This document shows positions 9,386-19,327 of a stretch of DNA of 51,882 nt, in pieces. A program made the translations under genes and the position numbers. The DNA is from Nanobdellota archaeon (GTDB lineage Archaea > Nanobdellota > Nanobdellia > SCGC-AAA011-G17 > UBA489). The stretch lies in assembly GCA_030699455.1 (NCBI GenBank), contig JAUYMN010000017.1, forward strand, positions 1 to 51,882, in the 5' to 3' direction. Numbering within the stretch: position 1 is the stretch's first letter; the number at the start of each line of letters is the position of its first letter. A model generated the notes under the pieces. It had not been told where the DNA came from, made no database searches, and saw nothing but the letters and a program-made list of their open reading frames with translations.

Positions 9386-9955
9386 ATGAAACTAGAAGAT
9401 AATTTGATGATTACTGATGATGTGTTGCTTAGGGGCGCAGCTCTGCTAAAAGGATGCTATGCAAAGATAGACGATGAAAGTATCAGCACCATACTTCTTA
9501 GATATAATGAAGCTGAAATTAACACGCATGTTATAGACTGTGAAAAAGAAGTTGGATATCATATTAATGAAATTTCAGAAGAGGGGATAGTAAACAGGGT
9601 TGAGAGGATTACTACAGTGCCATTATCATGGCAAATTCCTATTGGCGGAGGGGATGATCTCGCATCGTGGACTAGTTCATATATCTTAAGGAGCACTAAG
9701 AATCATCTGACCACCATATTATCCAACTATCACGCAAGTATGTCACAGAATGTTATCGGGGGAGATGTTCTACATACTACTGGTGTTGTTATCAGTTTTT
9801 TTTATGAAGGTATGGGTGATCTAGTATGTGCTGCACAGGTTGTTTCAAAAGCTAAAAATATTGTGAGGAGCGTATGTGATCCTATGGAATCAGCTAGGAT
9901 CGAGTTATTGAGGTCTATAGAAAAGTCGGGTAATGCACTGAAATTTAGAAAATAA
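9386..9955 (+). CDS. hypothetical protein
   Basis: 189-aa ATG ORF, no recognised motif. Confidence 0.6.
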   Translation: MKLEDNLMITDDVLLRGAALLKGCYAKIDDESISTILLRYNEAEINTHVIDCEKEVGYHINEISEEGIVNRVERITTVPLSWQIPIGGGDDLASWTSSYILRSTKNHLTTILSNYHASMSQNVIGGDVLHTTGVVISFFYEGMGDLVCAAQVVSKAKNIVRSVCDPMESARIELLRSIEKSGNALKFRK

Positions 9956-9959
9956 CTGC

Positions 9960-11384
9960 TTAATCAATATTTTTTCTTATGATTTCCATCGCCTTTTTAC
10001 CGTCTAATTTACCACGGTATTTTGACATAACCATACCCATCAATGCATTTAGAGATAAGTTTTTATTTGATTTTACCAACTTTACTATTTCACTTTCTAT
10101 TTCAGAAGTTTCTATTTTTTTGTATTTATTCAGATTTATTTCATTGCCTCTTGCAGCCTGTGTTAAAATTTCTAATATTGCTGATTCATCTATTTTATTT
10201 TTTGTTAATGCATCAAATACCAAGTCATAGTGCTTCCTGTGAATTTTGTTAGTATCTAACTTAAATCTTGAGGATATTTCCTTAGGGATCTCTATTAACG
10301 TTTTTGCAATTAAATTTGGTGATATTTTGTACTTTTTTACAAAAGTTTCAAAGTCTTCATTATTAATTATTTCCTGTGCCAACTGCGATGGAAGGTTGTA
10401 TTTCTTTTCTAATTTAATTGCTTTTTCTGTCAACAATTCAGGTATCTTTATTTTTTTTATTAATTCAGATGTGAGTGATATTGGTGGCACGTCAGTTTCT
10501 GGGTACATTCTTGCAGCCCCTGGCATCGGCCTCAAGTAAGATGTTGTGTGGTCTGGGTCTGCTTTCCTAACGTGTGATTCTAATTTTTTCTTTGATTTTA
10601 TCTCTGACAACTCTCTTTTAATTTCAAATTCTATTACTTTTGGTATGCTTTTTAATTCCTGGAAACCTTTTATTTCAACTCTTGGATGTCCGTTTATTGA
10701 AACATTAACATCCTGCCTTATTGTGCCAATTCCGCGTTTTACCTTGTTTGTTGAACGTAATATCATTCCCAATATGCCTGCTACTTCTTTACACTGCTCT
10801 GAGTCTTTTATTGAGGCATCCGTTGCAATTTCGATTAATGGTATCCCTAATCTATCTAGTCTATACCTAACATAATCCTCTTTTTCTTCTATTTTTTTTG
10901 CTGATTCTTCTTCCAAACAAACTGAATCAATTATTACTATCCCTTTTGATGTTTCTATATAACCATCTGTTGCAATCAACATTGTTCTTTGAAAACCGGA
11001 GGTGTTTGAACCATCAATGACTATCTTTCTCATAACTCTTATTTCATCAACAGGTTTTGCCTTAAGCAGCAATGCAACCTGTAGTGCGGTTTCTAATGCA
11101 TCCATATTGACATCTTTTGGAGGCTCTTCATCTAACTCAACCAAGCATGATGAAGTTGAGCAGGCTTCATAGATAAACATTTTATTTTTTTTTAATTCAA
11201 ATTGTGCTGCTGCATCTATCTTTCCAGTTTCTCCAGCAACTGCACGAAGTCTTCTTTCTATTTTAATGTCTGGATTTTGATCATGAACAATAGAAGGACA
11301 GCTACAAAAAAGCTTGTGTGTTTCAACCTGCTGATGTATCTCTATTCCACACTTAAATCCTAATTTTTTATAATCTAATTCCAT
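9960..11384 (-). CDS. gatE: Glu-tRNA(Gln) amidotransferase subunit E (short form)
   Basis: DYKKLGFKCGIEIHQQ, KLFCSCP, CLVELDEEPP, MRKIVIDGSNTSGFQRT, RLDRLGIPLIEIAT, RGIGTIRQDVNVSI, RPMPGAARMYPETD. Confidence 0.96.
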   Translation of the reverse strand: MELDYKKLGFKCGIEIHQQVETHKLFCSCPSIVHDQNPDIKIERRLRAVAGETGKIDAAAQFELKKNKMFIYEACSTSSCLVELDEEPPKDVNMDALETALQVALLLKAKPVDEIRVMRKIVIDGSNTSGFQRTMLIATDGYIETSKGIVIIDSVCLEEESAKKIEEKEDYVRYRLDRLGIPLIEIATDASIKDSEQCKEVAGILGMILRSTNKVKRGIGTIRQDVNVSINGHPRVEIKGFQELKSIPKVIEFEIKRELSEIKSKKKLESHVRKADPDHTTSYLRPMPGAARMYPETDVPPISLTSELIKKIKIPELLTEKAIKLEKKYNLPSQLAQEIINNEDFETFVKKYKISPNLIAKTLIEIPKEISSRFKLDTNKIHRKHYDLVFDALTKNKIDESAILEILTQAARGNEINLNKYKKIETSEIESEIVKLVKSNKNLSLNALMGMVMSKYRGKLDGKKAMEIIRKNID

Positions 11385-11430
11385 GTTTAAAAATAGAAGT
11401 GTTATGTTTATATTAGTTTCTTAATCAGAT

Positions 11431-12309
11431 TTAGCCATACACGGGAATATCGTATATAAGCGTTTGTTCTACCTGTGGACCTGCAGAGCTGGTAATTAGC
11501 CGTGCGTCCATTTCTGCATCTAATCCAAGGAGTGATTCTGGATCTTCGATCTTGCTTTGAAGGCTTGCATCTCCAGGAGGCAGATAGGTATCAAATATTA
11601 GAGAATCTAAATATGTTTCAAGGTGTATTTCTCTGACCTTTCCTGTTGAATGATTAAAATTAATATTTCCGGTTACCTGTGTCATAGTTTGTTGATTTAT
11701 GATTAGGACTATACCATATGTTTGATAATCCCTTATTTCAACTGATGAAGGATATGAGTATGGATTTGAATTTTTTCTGCAAGATTCTAATTTTATTGTG
11801 ATATCACTTCCTGTAATCATTACATCTCGTACATAATATGGTGTCCCAAGAATGTTTAATTCTTGACCTCTCCTTAATTCAACTTCTGGTGTGAATGTTA
11901 AATATGTATCTGCAAATAATTCATTATTTGTTGCACCACTGCGGTCATCAACATGAAAATAAAAGTTTTTTATATCTCCATCACGAGTACTGCCTTCTTC
12001 AAATACAATTTGACCATGTGTTTCTATTCTTTGAGTTAGTATACTTGATTCCACTTGCGTATCCTTTAATGCTGAAGGCATCATGGTTTTATCAAGAGTC
12101 ATATCTGCTGCAATGGGGTATGTCTGCGAAGGTGATGGTGAGAATTCTATTCTCGCACTATCATATAATTGGAGGTTACAATTGGGAGTTGTTGCTATTT
12201 TATTTACTGAAGTAACTTGTTGTCCTGTAGGGTTATTGTTAAAATTACTTGCAAACATTGCAACTGCAAGGATTAATACAACACTCAATACTAAACCTCT
12301 TTTTTCCAT
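11431..12309 (-). CDS. secreted/surface protein between gatD and gatE
   Basis: N-terminal hydrophobic leader MEKRGLVLSVVLILAVAMFAS followed by PTGQQV; beta-rich S/T/N/D body. Confidence 0.75.
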   Translation of the reverse strand: MEKRGLVLSVVLILAVAMFASNFNNNPTGQQVTSVNKIATTPNCNLQLYDSARIEFSPSPSQTYPIAADMTLDKTMMPSALKDTQVESSILTQRIETHGQIVFEEGSTRDGDIKNFYFHVDDRSGATNNELFADTYLTFTPEVELRRGQELNILGTPYYVRDVMITGSDITIKLESCRKNSNPYSYPSSVEIRDYQTYGIVLIINQQTMTQVTGNINFNHSTGKVREIHLETYLDSLIFDTYLPPGDASLQSKIEDPESLLGLDAEMDARLITSSAGPQVEQTLIYDIPVYG

Positions 12310-12340
12310 ATTCCTATTGAGATTTAACAGTTATATATAT

Positions 12341-13672
12341 TTATTGGTTATTATTAAAAAAATGAAACTCTTTTTCTAATGAACGCGGACTTATCTCTCC
12401 GCGCAAGTTTTCCATCATTAACTTATGCACCATTGGTTTAGGGTAATTGCTCAATAACCATGCCATTTTTATAAATGCTGTTTCAGTTAACATGTCATTA
12501 TGATCTCCAATAACCCCTGATTCTTTTATTTTTCTGCCCGTAGAATAGACATTCATGTTGATTCTTCCATTATTACATTGTGATGTCATGAATACAGGCA
12601 TCTTTTTTGCAAGTGATTTTACTGAATTATATATCTTCTTGTTTTCCCCTGTATGCTTGTCTATTTCATTAATTGCTATATGCCCCAGCCCCGTTCCTTC
12701 AATTATCAATCCGTCAAATTTTGAATAATTATCCAATTCTGTGGCATATAAATTAGGATGTGCTTTTAATATTGCAACCTTTATGTTTTCTCTAAATGGC
12801 TTTACTTTGATTTTTGAATCCTTTTTGTCCTGCCTTGTAGCATGCTTGGAAATGTTTTCATATCTCCCATCAGGATAAACCCTTGCTATTGGTTCTGCGT
12901 TAAACGGTCTAAATGCATCTCTTCTAGAGGTGTGTGTTTTTTTTGTTTTTGTAGCTGGAAGAATCAAGCAGGATTTATCATCTGAAGTCTCGTGAAGACA
13001 TATTCCTACATCACAAAAATTGCTTTTTGCAATATAATTAACTGCACACAACAAATTCATGAATGCATCTGAACTTCCACGATCTGAGCTTCTTTGTGCT
13101 CCAACGATTAAGACAGGTATGTTTAAACCTTCTAAGGCAAATGATAGTGCTGCTGCAGTGTATGCCATTGTATCTGTGCCATGGGTTATTATTACTCCAT
13201 CGGCTCCCTTATCTGCCTCTTTTTTAACTGCCTTTGCCATCAAATTGTAATGTGAGAATCTCATGTCTTCTGACCACATATTTGATAACAGAAAAGAGTT
13301 GATATTTGCTATTTTTTTTAATTCAGGAAACATGCCCATCAATTCTTCAGGTGTAAATCTCGCTATGACTGCGCCTGAATCATAATCAACTTCTGATGCT
13401 ATTGTGCCACCTGTATGTATGATTGAGACTGTTGGCAAATTTTTATTATATTTTATTTTTTCTTTTTTTATTGCCTTCTTCATCTGCTTCGGCAATTGCT
13501 TGATTGATTCTATCTTTGTTTTTTTTATTCCAATATTATATCCTGATTGCAGTTTTATTACAATTTTTTCATTATTTGTGTCTGGAAGAATTGTGCCTTC
13601 AAATTCACGTGAGTCCCTTGTAGATAACCTTACATTGTTGCCTGGCACTATCATTTTTTTCAGATTGAACAC
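12341..13672 (-). CDS. gatD: Glu-tRNA(Gln) amidotransferase subunit D
   Basis: N-terminal IKLQSGYNIGI, HTGGTIAS, THGTDTM, GAQRSSDRGSSD, HTSRRDAF, GTGLGH, NLRGEI. Confidence 0.96.
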   Translation of the reverse strand: MFNLKKMIVPGNNVRLSTRDSREFEGTILPDTNNEKIVIKLQSGYNIGIKKTKIESIKQLPKQMKKAIKKEKIKYNKNLPTVSIIHTGGTIASEVDYDSGAVIARFTPEELMGMFPELKKIANINSFLLSNMWSEDMRFSHYNLMAKAVKKEADKGADGVIITHGTDTMAYTAAALSFALEGLNIPVLIVGAQRSSDRGSSDAFMNLLCAVNYIAKSNFCDVGICLHETSDDKSCLILPATKTKKTHTSRRDAFRPFNAEPIARVYPDGRYENISKHATRQDKKDSKIKVKPFRENIKVAILKAHPNLYATELDNYSKFDGLIIEGTGLGHIAINEIDKHTGENKKIYNSVKSLAKKMPVFMTSQCNNGRINMNVYSTGRKIKESGVIGDHNDMLTETAFIKMAWLLSNYPKPMVHKLMMENLRGEISPRSLEKEFHFFNNNQ

Positions 13673-13797
13673 CTTTTTTATTTATTTTATGATGTTTTAT
13701 TTGTTTGTTAAATAATCATTTATATACTTTAAGTTATATTTTAGAGTTAGAGAGTATTTATATATGAAAACGCATTTAAAAATAGAATTAGCGTATT

Positions 13798-13885
13798 TTT
13801 GTTGTCGGCTAAACAACAAATTTCGACTATAACTGTTAATTAAGTTCGGCTAAAACTTAATTGTAACCAGATTGGCTAAAATCTG
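13798..13885. repeat. three hairpins sharing the loop GGCTAA with unrelated stems
   Basis: TTTGTTGT-CGGCTAA-ACAACAAA (13798-13820); AATTAAGTT-CGGCTAA-AACTTAATT (13838-13862); CAGATT-GGCTAA-AATCTG (13868-13885). Confidence 0.85.
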
Positions 13886-14034
13886 TATGAAATTTGTTAA
13901 ATTGATTTTTCTTAGAGCACTTAAATCATTAATCATTAAATCTCTGACTGTAAAGTAGTTGGAACTATAATATAAATATTATTGTGGTTCAGGATATAAT
14001 AACAAAATAAAACCTTAACGGGGGAAAAAGAAAA

Positions 14035-15135
14035 ATGGAAAATTTGATACAAGATGCATTACAAAATGCGCCGGATATACAAAACACAATTAGTGTTGGA
14101 GAGGCCAAGATAAGAGTTATTGGCTGTGGCGGTGGCGGAAACAATATTGTTTCTTGGCTACATAGAAAAGGGATTAAAGGTGCTAAGATATATGCTGTTA
14201 ATACAGACAAGCAACACCTTGATATGACAAGCTGTGATGGCAAATTGCTTATTGGAACAGAGCTTACAAGAGGGTTAGGTTGTGGCGGTTATCCTGAAAA
14301 AGGAAGAGAAGCTGCAAAAGAGTCTATTCATGATATTAAAAATTATGTAAAGGAATCAGACATGGTATTTGTTTGTGCAGGTCTTGGTGGTGGAACAGGA
14401 ACAGGGGTTGCGCCAGAAGTTGCAAAGCTTGCCAAAGAAACTGGATCTATCGTTATAGGGTGTGTAACAATGCCCTTTGAAATTGAAAGAGCAAGAGTTG
14501 ACAAGGCTGAATTTGGTCTGCAGCAGTTGAGAGAGGCATGCGATACCGTTATTGTTATTGACAACAATAGGTTAGTCAGCATTGCTGGCAATCTTCCTAT
14601 TCAACAGGCTTTTGCTGTTGCCAATGAATTGATATCCACAATGATTAAGGGTATAGTTGAGACAATTGCAATACCATCACTGGTAAACTTAGATTATGCT
14701 GATGTAAGGGCAATTATGTCAAACGGAGATGTTTCTGTTATAGGTATCGGCGAGTCTGATACAGAGTCTAGGGTTGAAGAAGCTACAAGAAGAGCCTTGA
14801 CAAATCCATTACTTGATGTGAGTTATGATGGTGCAACTGGTGCGCTTATTCATGTAAGTGGCGGAGAGGACTTGACTCTTGATGAAGTCAACAGGATTGG
14901 AGAGATTATTACAGAAGCTCTTGATGCGGATGCCAATGTTATATGGGGTGCAAGAATTGATCCTAAAATGTCTGGCAGACTTAGGGTTATGACAATTGTT
15001 ACTGGTGTTACATCACCATACATCCTCGGAAGGACAAACAGCAAAGAGATGTCGCGTCAAGCTGTTCAAGTCGCTGATGACTTGGGCATAGACATGGTCG
15101 GTTACGAAAACCGATCTGTCCGCAGATCATACTAA
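14035..15135 (+). CDS. ftsZ: cell division protein FtsZ (archaeal FtsZ2-like)
   Basis: VIGCGGGGNN, AVNTD, GLGGGTGTG tubulin signature, T7 loop PSLVNLDYADV, IWGAR. Confidence 0.97.
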   Translation: MENLIQDALQNAPDIQNTISVGEAKIRVIGCGGGGNNIVSWLHRKGIKGAKIYAVNTDKQHLDMTSCDGKLLIGTELTRGLGCGGYPEKGREAAKESIHDIKNYVKESDMVFVCAGLGGGTGTGVAPEVAKLAKETGSIVIGCVTMPFEIERARVDKAEFGLQQLREACDTVIVIDNNRLVSIAGNLPIQQAFAVANELISTMIKGIVETIAIPSLVNLDYADVRAIMSNGDVSVIGIGESDTESRVEEATRRALTNPLLDVSYDGATGALIHVSGGEDLTLDEVNRIGEIITEALDADANVIWGARIDPKMSGRLRVMTIVTGVTSPYILGRTNSKEMSRQAVQVADDLGIDMVGYENRSVRRSY

Positions 15136-15216
15136 AAGGGCGACCCCCGAACAAAATGCCCTTTTGTGTCTTGTGTGCTGATGCCTATTCTTAACTCTGG
15201 CATCAGCTTCTTTTTT
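15134..15216 (+). terminator. double hairpin and T-tract after ftsZ
   Basis: AAAAGGGC..GCCCTTTT (15134-15165) and GCTGATGCC..GGCATCAGC (15177-15207), then TTCTTTTTT. Confidence 0.65.
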
Positions 15217-15371
15217 ATCTTAGGACTTTGTAAAGTAAACTAATGGTTAAAAAAACGAGGCTATATTTTTGGGGCTTAATTTCATTCTTTTTGTATTTAC
15301 TATGAAGTGACTAATTTATCGAAAGCTTTATAAATGAGCAGTTTTTTATATTTTTAAGAGCATTAAATCAA

Positions 15372-16373
15372 ATGGTAAACGAAACAAAATACGGCGTAAT
15401 TTCGGACGTTCATCACGATCCTAGCATAGTTCCTGTTACGATTGACGTTCTAAAAAAATTAGGAGCAGAAAAATTAATCTTAAATGGAGATATTGGAGAA
15501 CGTCAAAAGTCATCACAAGCAAGTCAAGATTATGTTGCAGTTATTTTAGATGCAGTTGGCAAGAGTGGATTAGAATCATATGTCCAGCCGGGAAGTCAGG
15601 AAACATTTGGAGTATTTCAGCCAGTTTTAGAACATTTCAAGGGCAAACATTCAAATTTAATTGATACTTTTAAAACTCAAAAAGTTGAAAATGGAGACCA
15701 TCATTTAGTATTTTTACCAGGTTCTGATTTTGTTTGTGGTGGAGAATATCAAATTGGAAGTAATGAAAAAATCCCATCAGGTTTGTATATTCCAACAGAA
15801 CAAGGAATCATGCCATATGATCCAAAGGTGCATCAAGCATTAATGGCTCAAGGACAATTTAGAGGATTATTGCAATATGTAAACATGCACGATTTGAAAA
15901 GATTAGTAAATGATGGCGAAAAAACTGTTGTTGTCTGCCACGTTCCACGAAAATTTGACTCTGTTGATGGAGCTGTTGATGTTGCTTATTTTGGAGAAAA
16001 AACAGATGGAAGCGTAATTCCAGGAGTTGCTGTTGAAGGAATGATTAGAAAACAATATGGAAATGTTTCTGATGATGAAATACGACTTATCGCTGCTTCC
16101 AACGGACTAACTCTTAAAGAAGAGAATAGAGGAAATGAAGATTTAAGAAATCTTTATGCGGAGTTAGGAGTTACAAAATCAATTAGTGGGCACTTCCACG
16201 AAAGCGGACATAGAGCACATGACGGTAGAGTTAATCCAATTCAGCAAGGAACTTTAGTTGATGAATTGTACTGGAATTCTGGACAACTTGATTTAGGTCA
16301 AACAGGAATTCTAACTGTGAGTGGTGGAAAAGTTAGTTACCAGAATGTTAAACTGCAAGATCATCTAAAATAA
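15372..16373 (+). CDS. calcineurin-like metallophosphoesterase
   Basis: ISDVHH, LNGDI, PGSQE, VCHVP, ISGHFHE motifs. Confidence 0.85.
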   Translation: MVNETKYGVISDVHHDPSIVPVTIDVLKKLGAEKLILNGDIGERQKSSQASQDYVAVILDAVGKSGLESYVQPGSQETFGVFQPVLEHFKGKHSNLIDTFKTQKVENGDHHLVFLPGSDFVCGGEYQIGSNEKIPSGLYIPTEQGIMPYDPKVHQALMAQGQFRGLLQYVNMHDLKRLVNDGEKTVVVCHVPRKFDSVDGAVDVAYFGEKTDGSVIPGVAVEGMIRKQYGNVSDDEIRLIAASNGLTLKEENRGNEDLRNLYAELGVTKSISGHFHESGHRAHDGRVNPIQQGTLVDELYWNSGQLDLGQTGILTVSGGKVSYQNVKLQDHLK

Positions 16374-16514
16374 TTCTTTTTTAGAACTTACGCCAATATT
16401 TGACGCTTTTTCAAAAACAAATTCTTCCCCCATTAATTAACCTAACAGAATCTATTTTAGCAATATTTAAATACTGGGGGCAATATTGTTTTTATCCAGA
16501 GAGGTGCATATAAC

Positions 16515-16853
16515 ATGGAAGAAAGAAATACTCGCGTTTTTGTTCTGCCAGCTGTGCTTATACTTGCTGCTGCATTTTTAGCTACCAGCTTGAGTACTGG
16601 TGGTATTGACGGAAATATTGATGGGGCTGCTGTAACTGAAAACAACCTTTACAACTGCGACTGGAGTTCTACTGAAGGAAGTGACAGAGCCTATTGCCCT
16701 GCTAAACATCCCAATGTAGTCGACGGAAAATGCAACAATGGAAATACTGGTAGTGTGTTGTTTGAAGGATCCCAATTAGGAAACGGAGTTGCACGACAGG
16801 GTTGGCGTTGTGATTCTAGTTCTGAAAAAATAGATGTTTTCTGCTGCAATTAA
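16515..16853 (+). CDS. small secreted Cys-rich protein
   Basis: GAGGTG ribosome-binding site; leader VFVLPAVLILAAAFLATSL; six Cys ending FCCN. Confidence 0.8.
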   Translation: MEERNTRVFVLPAVLILAAAFLATSLSTGGIDGNIDGAAVTENNLYNCDWSSTEGSDRAYCPAKHPNVVDGKCNNGNTGSVLFEGSQLGNGVARQGWRCDSSSEKIDVFCCN

Positions 16854-16865
16854 TTTGTAGCATTT

Positions 16866-17495
16866 TTATCTTTTTATTAATTTTGCCTTAGCTCTGTTTG
16901 TAGCCTGCTTTATTTTTTTCGTTGCTACTTTAACATGTTTTGATAATGGCCATATATCATTTTCCCTATCTTTTTGCCCCCACTCTTCAAAGTAGGTGAG
17001 GTATTTCATCTCTTCCCTAAATTGGTCTTCATCAAGAGAATTAGGATATCCTATTGTTATGACCATGTCTGGTATTACATCATCCGGCATGTGCAGTAGT
17101 TTTTGCATTTCATAAGGATCAAGAGCACCGACTATTGCTGATGCAAGCCCAACATCATGTGCTTTTAATATTATATTGGCAGCGATTATTGCACAATTTT
17201 GTATGCAGTAAAATTCTCCGCTTTCCTTGAATATGGACTTTCCTTCATCCCTCTTGTTGCAGATTATTAAATGTACTGGAGCGTCTGCCATCCACGATTG
17301 GTTTCTGCATATATCTGAAATTTTTTCCCTTTTATCCTGATTAGTTACAACAATAAACTGCCAATTTTGTATGTTTGCTGACGATGGGGCAAACCTGCAT
17401 ACGTCCAGTATCTCACCTATAAGCTTCATTGGAACTTTTTTTGTTGAATAATCCCTGCATGTTCTCCTTGAATGAATAATATTATCCAGCTCCAT
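16866..17495 (-). CDS. nitroreductase family protein
   Basis: IHSRRTCRDY, APSSANIQNWQFIVV, ITIGYP. Confidence 0.92.
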   Translation of the reverse strand: MELDNIIHSRRTCRDYSTKKVPMKLIGEILDVCRFAPSSANIQNWQFIVVTNQDKREKISDICRNQSWMADAPVHLIICNKRDEGKSIFKESGEFYCIQNCAIIAANIILKAHDVGLASAIVGALDPYEMQKLLHMPDDVIPDMVITIGYPNSLDEDQFREEMKYLTYFEEWGQKDRENDIWPLSKHVKVATKKIKQATNRAKAKLIKR

Positions 17496-17532
17496 ACAAA
17501 GATTTATATCTCAAGTTTATTTAAGTTTTACC

Positions 17533-19209
17533 ATGAAATATAATAAGCTTGTTGAGATATATTCCGAGCTTGAAAGCACTTCAAAAAGACTTGAAAAGAC
17601 AGATATTCTTGCGAAGTTTTTGAAAAAAGTTGATGATTCCGACATGGCAAATGTCATGAATTTAATTAGTGGTAGAGTCTTTCCGTTGTGGGACAGCAGA
17701 AACATTGGCTTTTCTTCAAGACTGCTAATAAAAGCAATAAGCTCTTCTACTGGCGCTGATGTTGGCAGGATAGAAAAAGAGTTTAACAGGCTTGGCGATC
17801 TTGGCGATGTTGCATCTTTGCTACTCAAGACAAAAACACAACAGACATTGTTTAGTGAAAAACTCACTGTTAAAAAAGTCGTTGAAAATCTAAAAAAACT
17901 TTCTGAACTTGAAGGCAATGGTTCAGTTGATAGGAAAATTGGGCTTGTTGCCGAATTGCTGAGTAATGCCAGTGCTGAAGAGGCAAGATATATCTCAAGA
18001 ACAGTCCTTGAAATCTTAAGAGTTGGAATTGCCGATGGAATAATAAAAGATTCTATTGCAAAAGCGTTTGGTAATGATGTAACAGAAATTGATGAGGCCT
18101 TTGACCTTGTGTCTGATCATGGTGAAGTTGCCATGCTGGCCAAAAATAACAATCTGAAAAGTTTAAAGCTGAGACCTGGAAGACCCATGAAGCTAATGCT
18201 GGCTATACTTGCAAAGAATGTTCAAGATGGATTTTCTGTTGTTGGCTCCCCTGCCGCCCTAGAACACAAGTATGACGGGTTTCGTCTTCAGGTGCACAAT
18301 GATGGAAAAACTGTAAAATTGTTCACAAGAAATATGGAAAATGTTACAACCCAGTTCCCAGATATTGTGAGGAATCTTAAATCCAGCGTCAATGCAAAAA
18401 ATTATATCATAGACTGCGAGGCTGTCGGCTATTCTCCAAATAGTGGAAAATACTTACCATTTCAAAAAATATCTCAAAGAATAAAAAGAAAATATGATAC
18501 TGATTATGTAGCGAGAGAATTTCCTGTTGAGCTGAATATTTTTGATATTATCTATTACAATGGGAAAAGTTTGCTAAATAATGTCTTTAGTTATAGGAGG
18601 GAATTGCTGGAAAAAATAATAAGACAGACAAAAAAGAAAGTTGTTTTGTCAAGATTACTTATTACTGATGACCATAATAAAGCCGAGAGATTTTTTAAAG
18701 ATTCTATAAAAGAAGGGCATGAAGGGCTGATATTTAAATCTTTAAATTCTGTTTACAGACCTGGAAGATATGTTGGATACATGGCAAAATTAAAAGACGT
18801 TATGGATTCCCTTGATTTGGTAATTGTAAAATCTGAATGGGGAAATGGAAAAAGAGCTTCATGGCTGACATCTTATACTGTTGCCTGCAGGAATGGGGAT
18901 GATTTTTTGGAAGTTGGCAAGGTCTCTACTGGACTGAAAGAAAAATCTGAGGGAGATGATAAAAATAATTTTTATGACATGACAAAAGAATTAAAAAAGA
19001 TAATTATTTCGGAGAAGGGCAAGGAAGTTATTGTAAAGCCTAAAATTGTTGTTGAGGTTTCCTATGAAGAAATACAAAAGAGTCCAACATACAGTTCAAA
19101 GTATGCACTTAGGTTTCCAAGAATAATTACAATCAGAGAAGATAAGCCATTAACTGAAATAGCAACACTTGATGACGTAAAAAAACTTTACATAAACCAA
19201 AATAAATAA
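17533..19209 (+). CDS. lig: ATP-dependent DNA ligase
   Basis: Motif I EHKYDGFRLQVH, LFTR, IIDCE, FDIIYYNG, HEGLIFK, LDLVIV, ALRFPRI..REDK. Confidence 0.96.
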   Translation: MKYNKLVEIYSELESTSKRLEKTDILAKFLKKVDDSDMANVMNLISGRVFPLWDSRNIGFSSRLLIKAISSSTGADVGRIEKEFNRLGDLGDVASLLLKTKTQQTLFSEKLTVKKVVENLKKLSELEGNGSVDRKIGLVAELLSNASAEEARYISRTVLEILRVGIADGIIKDSIAKAFGNDVTEIDEAFDLVSDHGEVAMLAKNNNLKSLKLRPGRPMKLMLAILAKNVQDGFSVVGSPAALEHKYDGFRLQVHNDGKTVKLFTRNMENVTTQFPDIVRNLKSSVNAKNYIIDCEAVGYSPNSGKYLPFQKISQRIKRKYDTDYVAREFPVELNIFDIIYYNGKSLLNNVFSYRRELLEKIIRQTKKKVVLSRLLITDDHNKAERFFKDSIKEGHEGLIFKSLNSVYRPGRYVGYMAKLKDVMDSLDLVIVKSEWGNGKRASWLTSYTVACRNGDDFLEVGKVSTGLKEKSEGDDKNNFYDMTKELKKIIISEKGKEVIVKPKIVVEVSYEEIQKSPTYSSKYALRFPRIITIREDKPLTEIATLDDVKKLYINQNK

Positions 19210-19327
19210 CAACTTAAAAATAACAATATTTAAATACTAGCAAGGAGTAAATGGTTTGTAGTGAAGGGAAAGGGGAAGATTTCTTCCTTCTTTAGTTTGA
19301 GGGTGCCTGGATGGAGAGAGGTCGCAT

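Noticed and set aside
13798-13885. Mini CRISPR array
   Set aside because: The shared unit is only 6-9 nt, spacing is irregular, the variable parts are self-complementary stems, and no cas genes are present.
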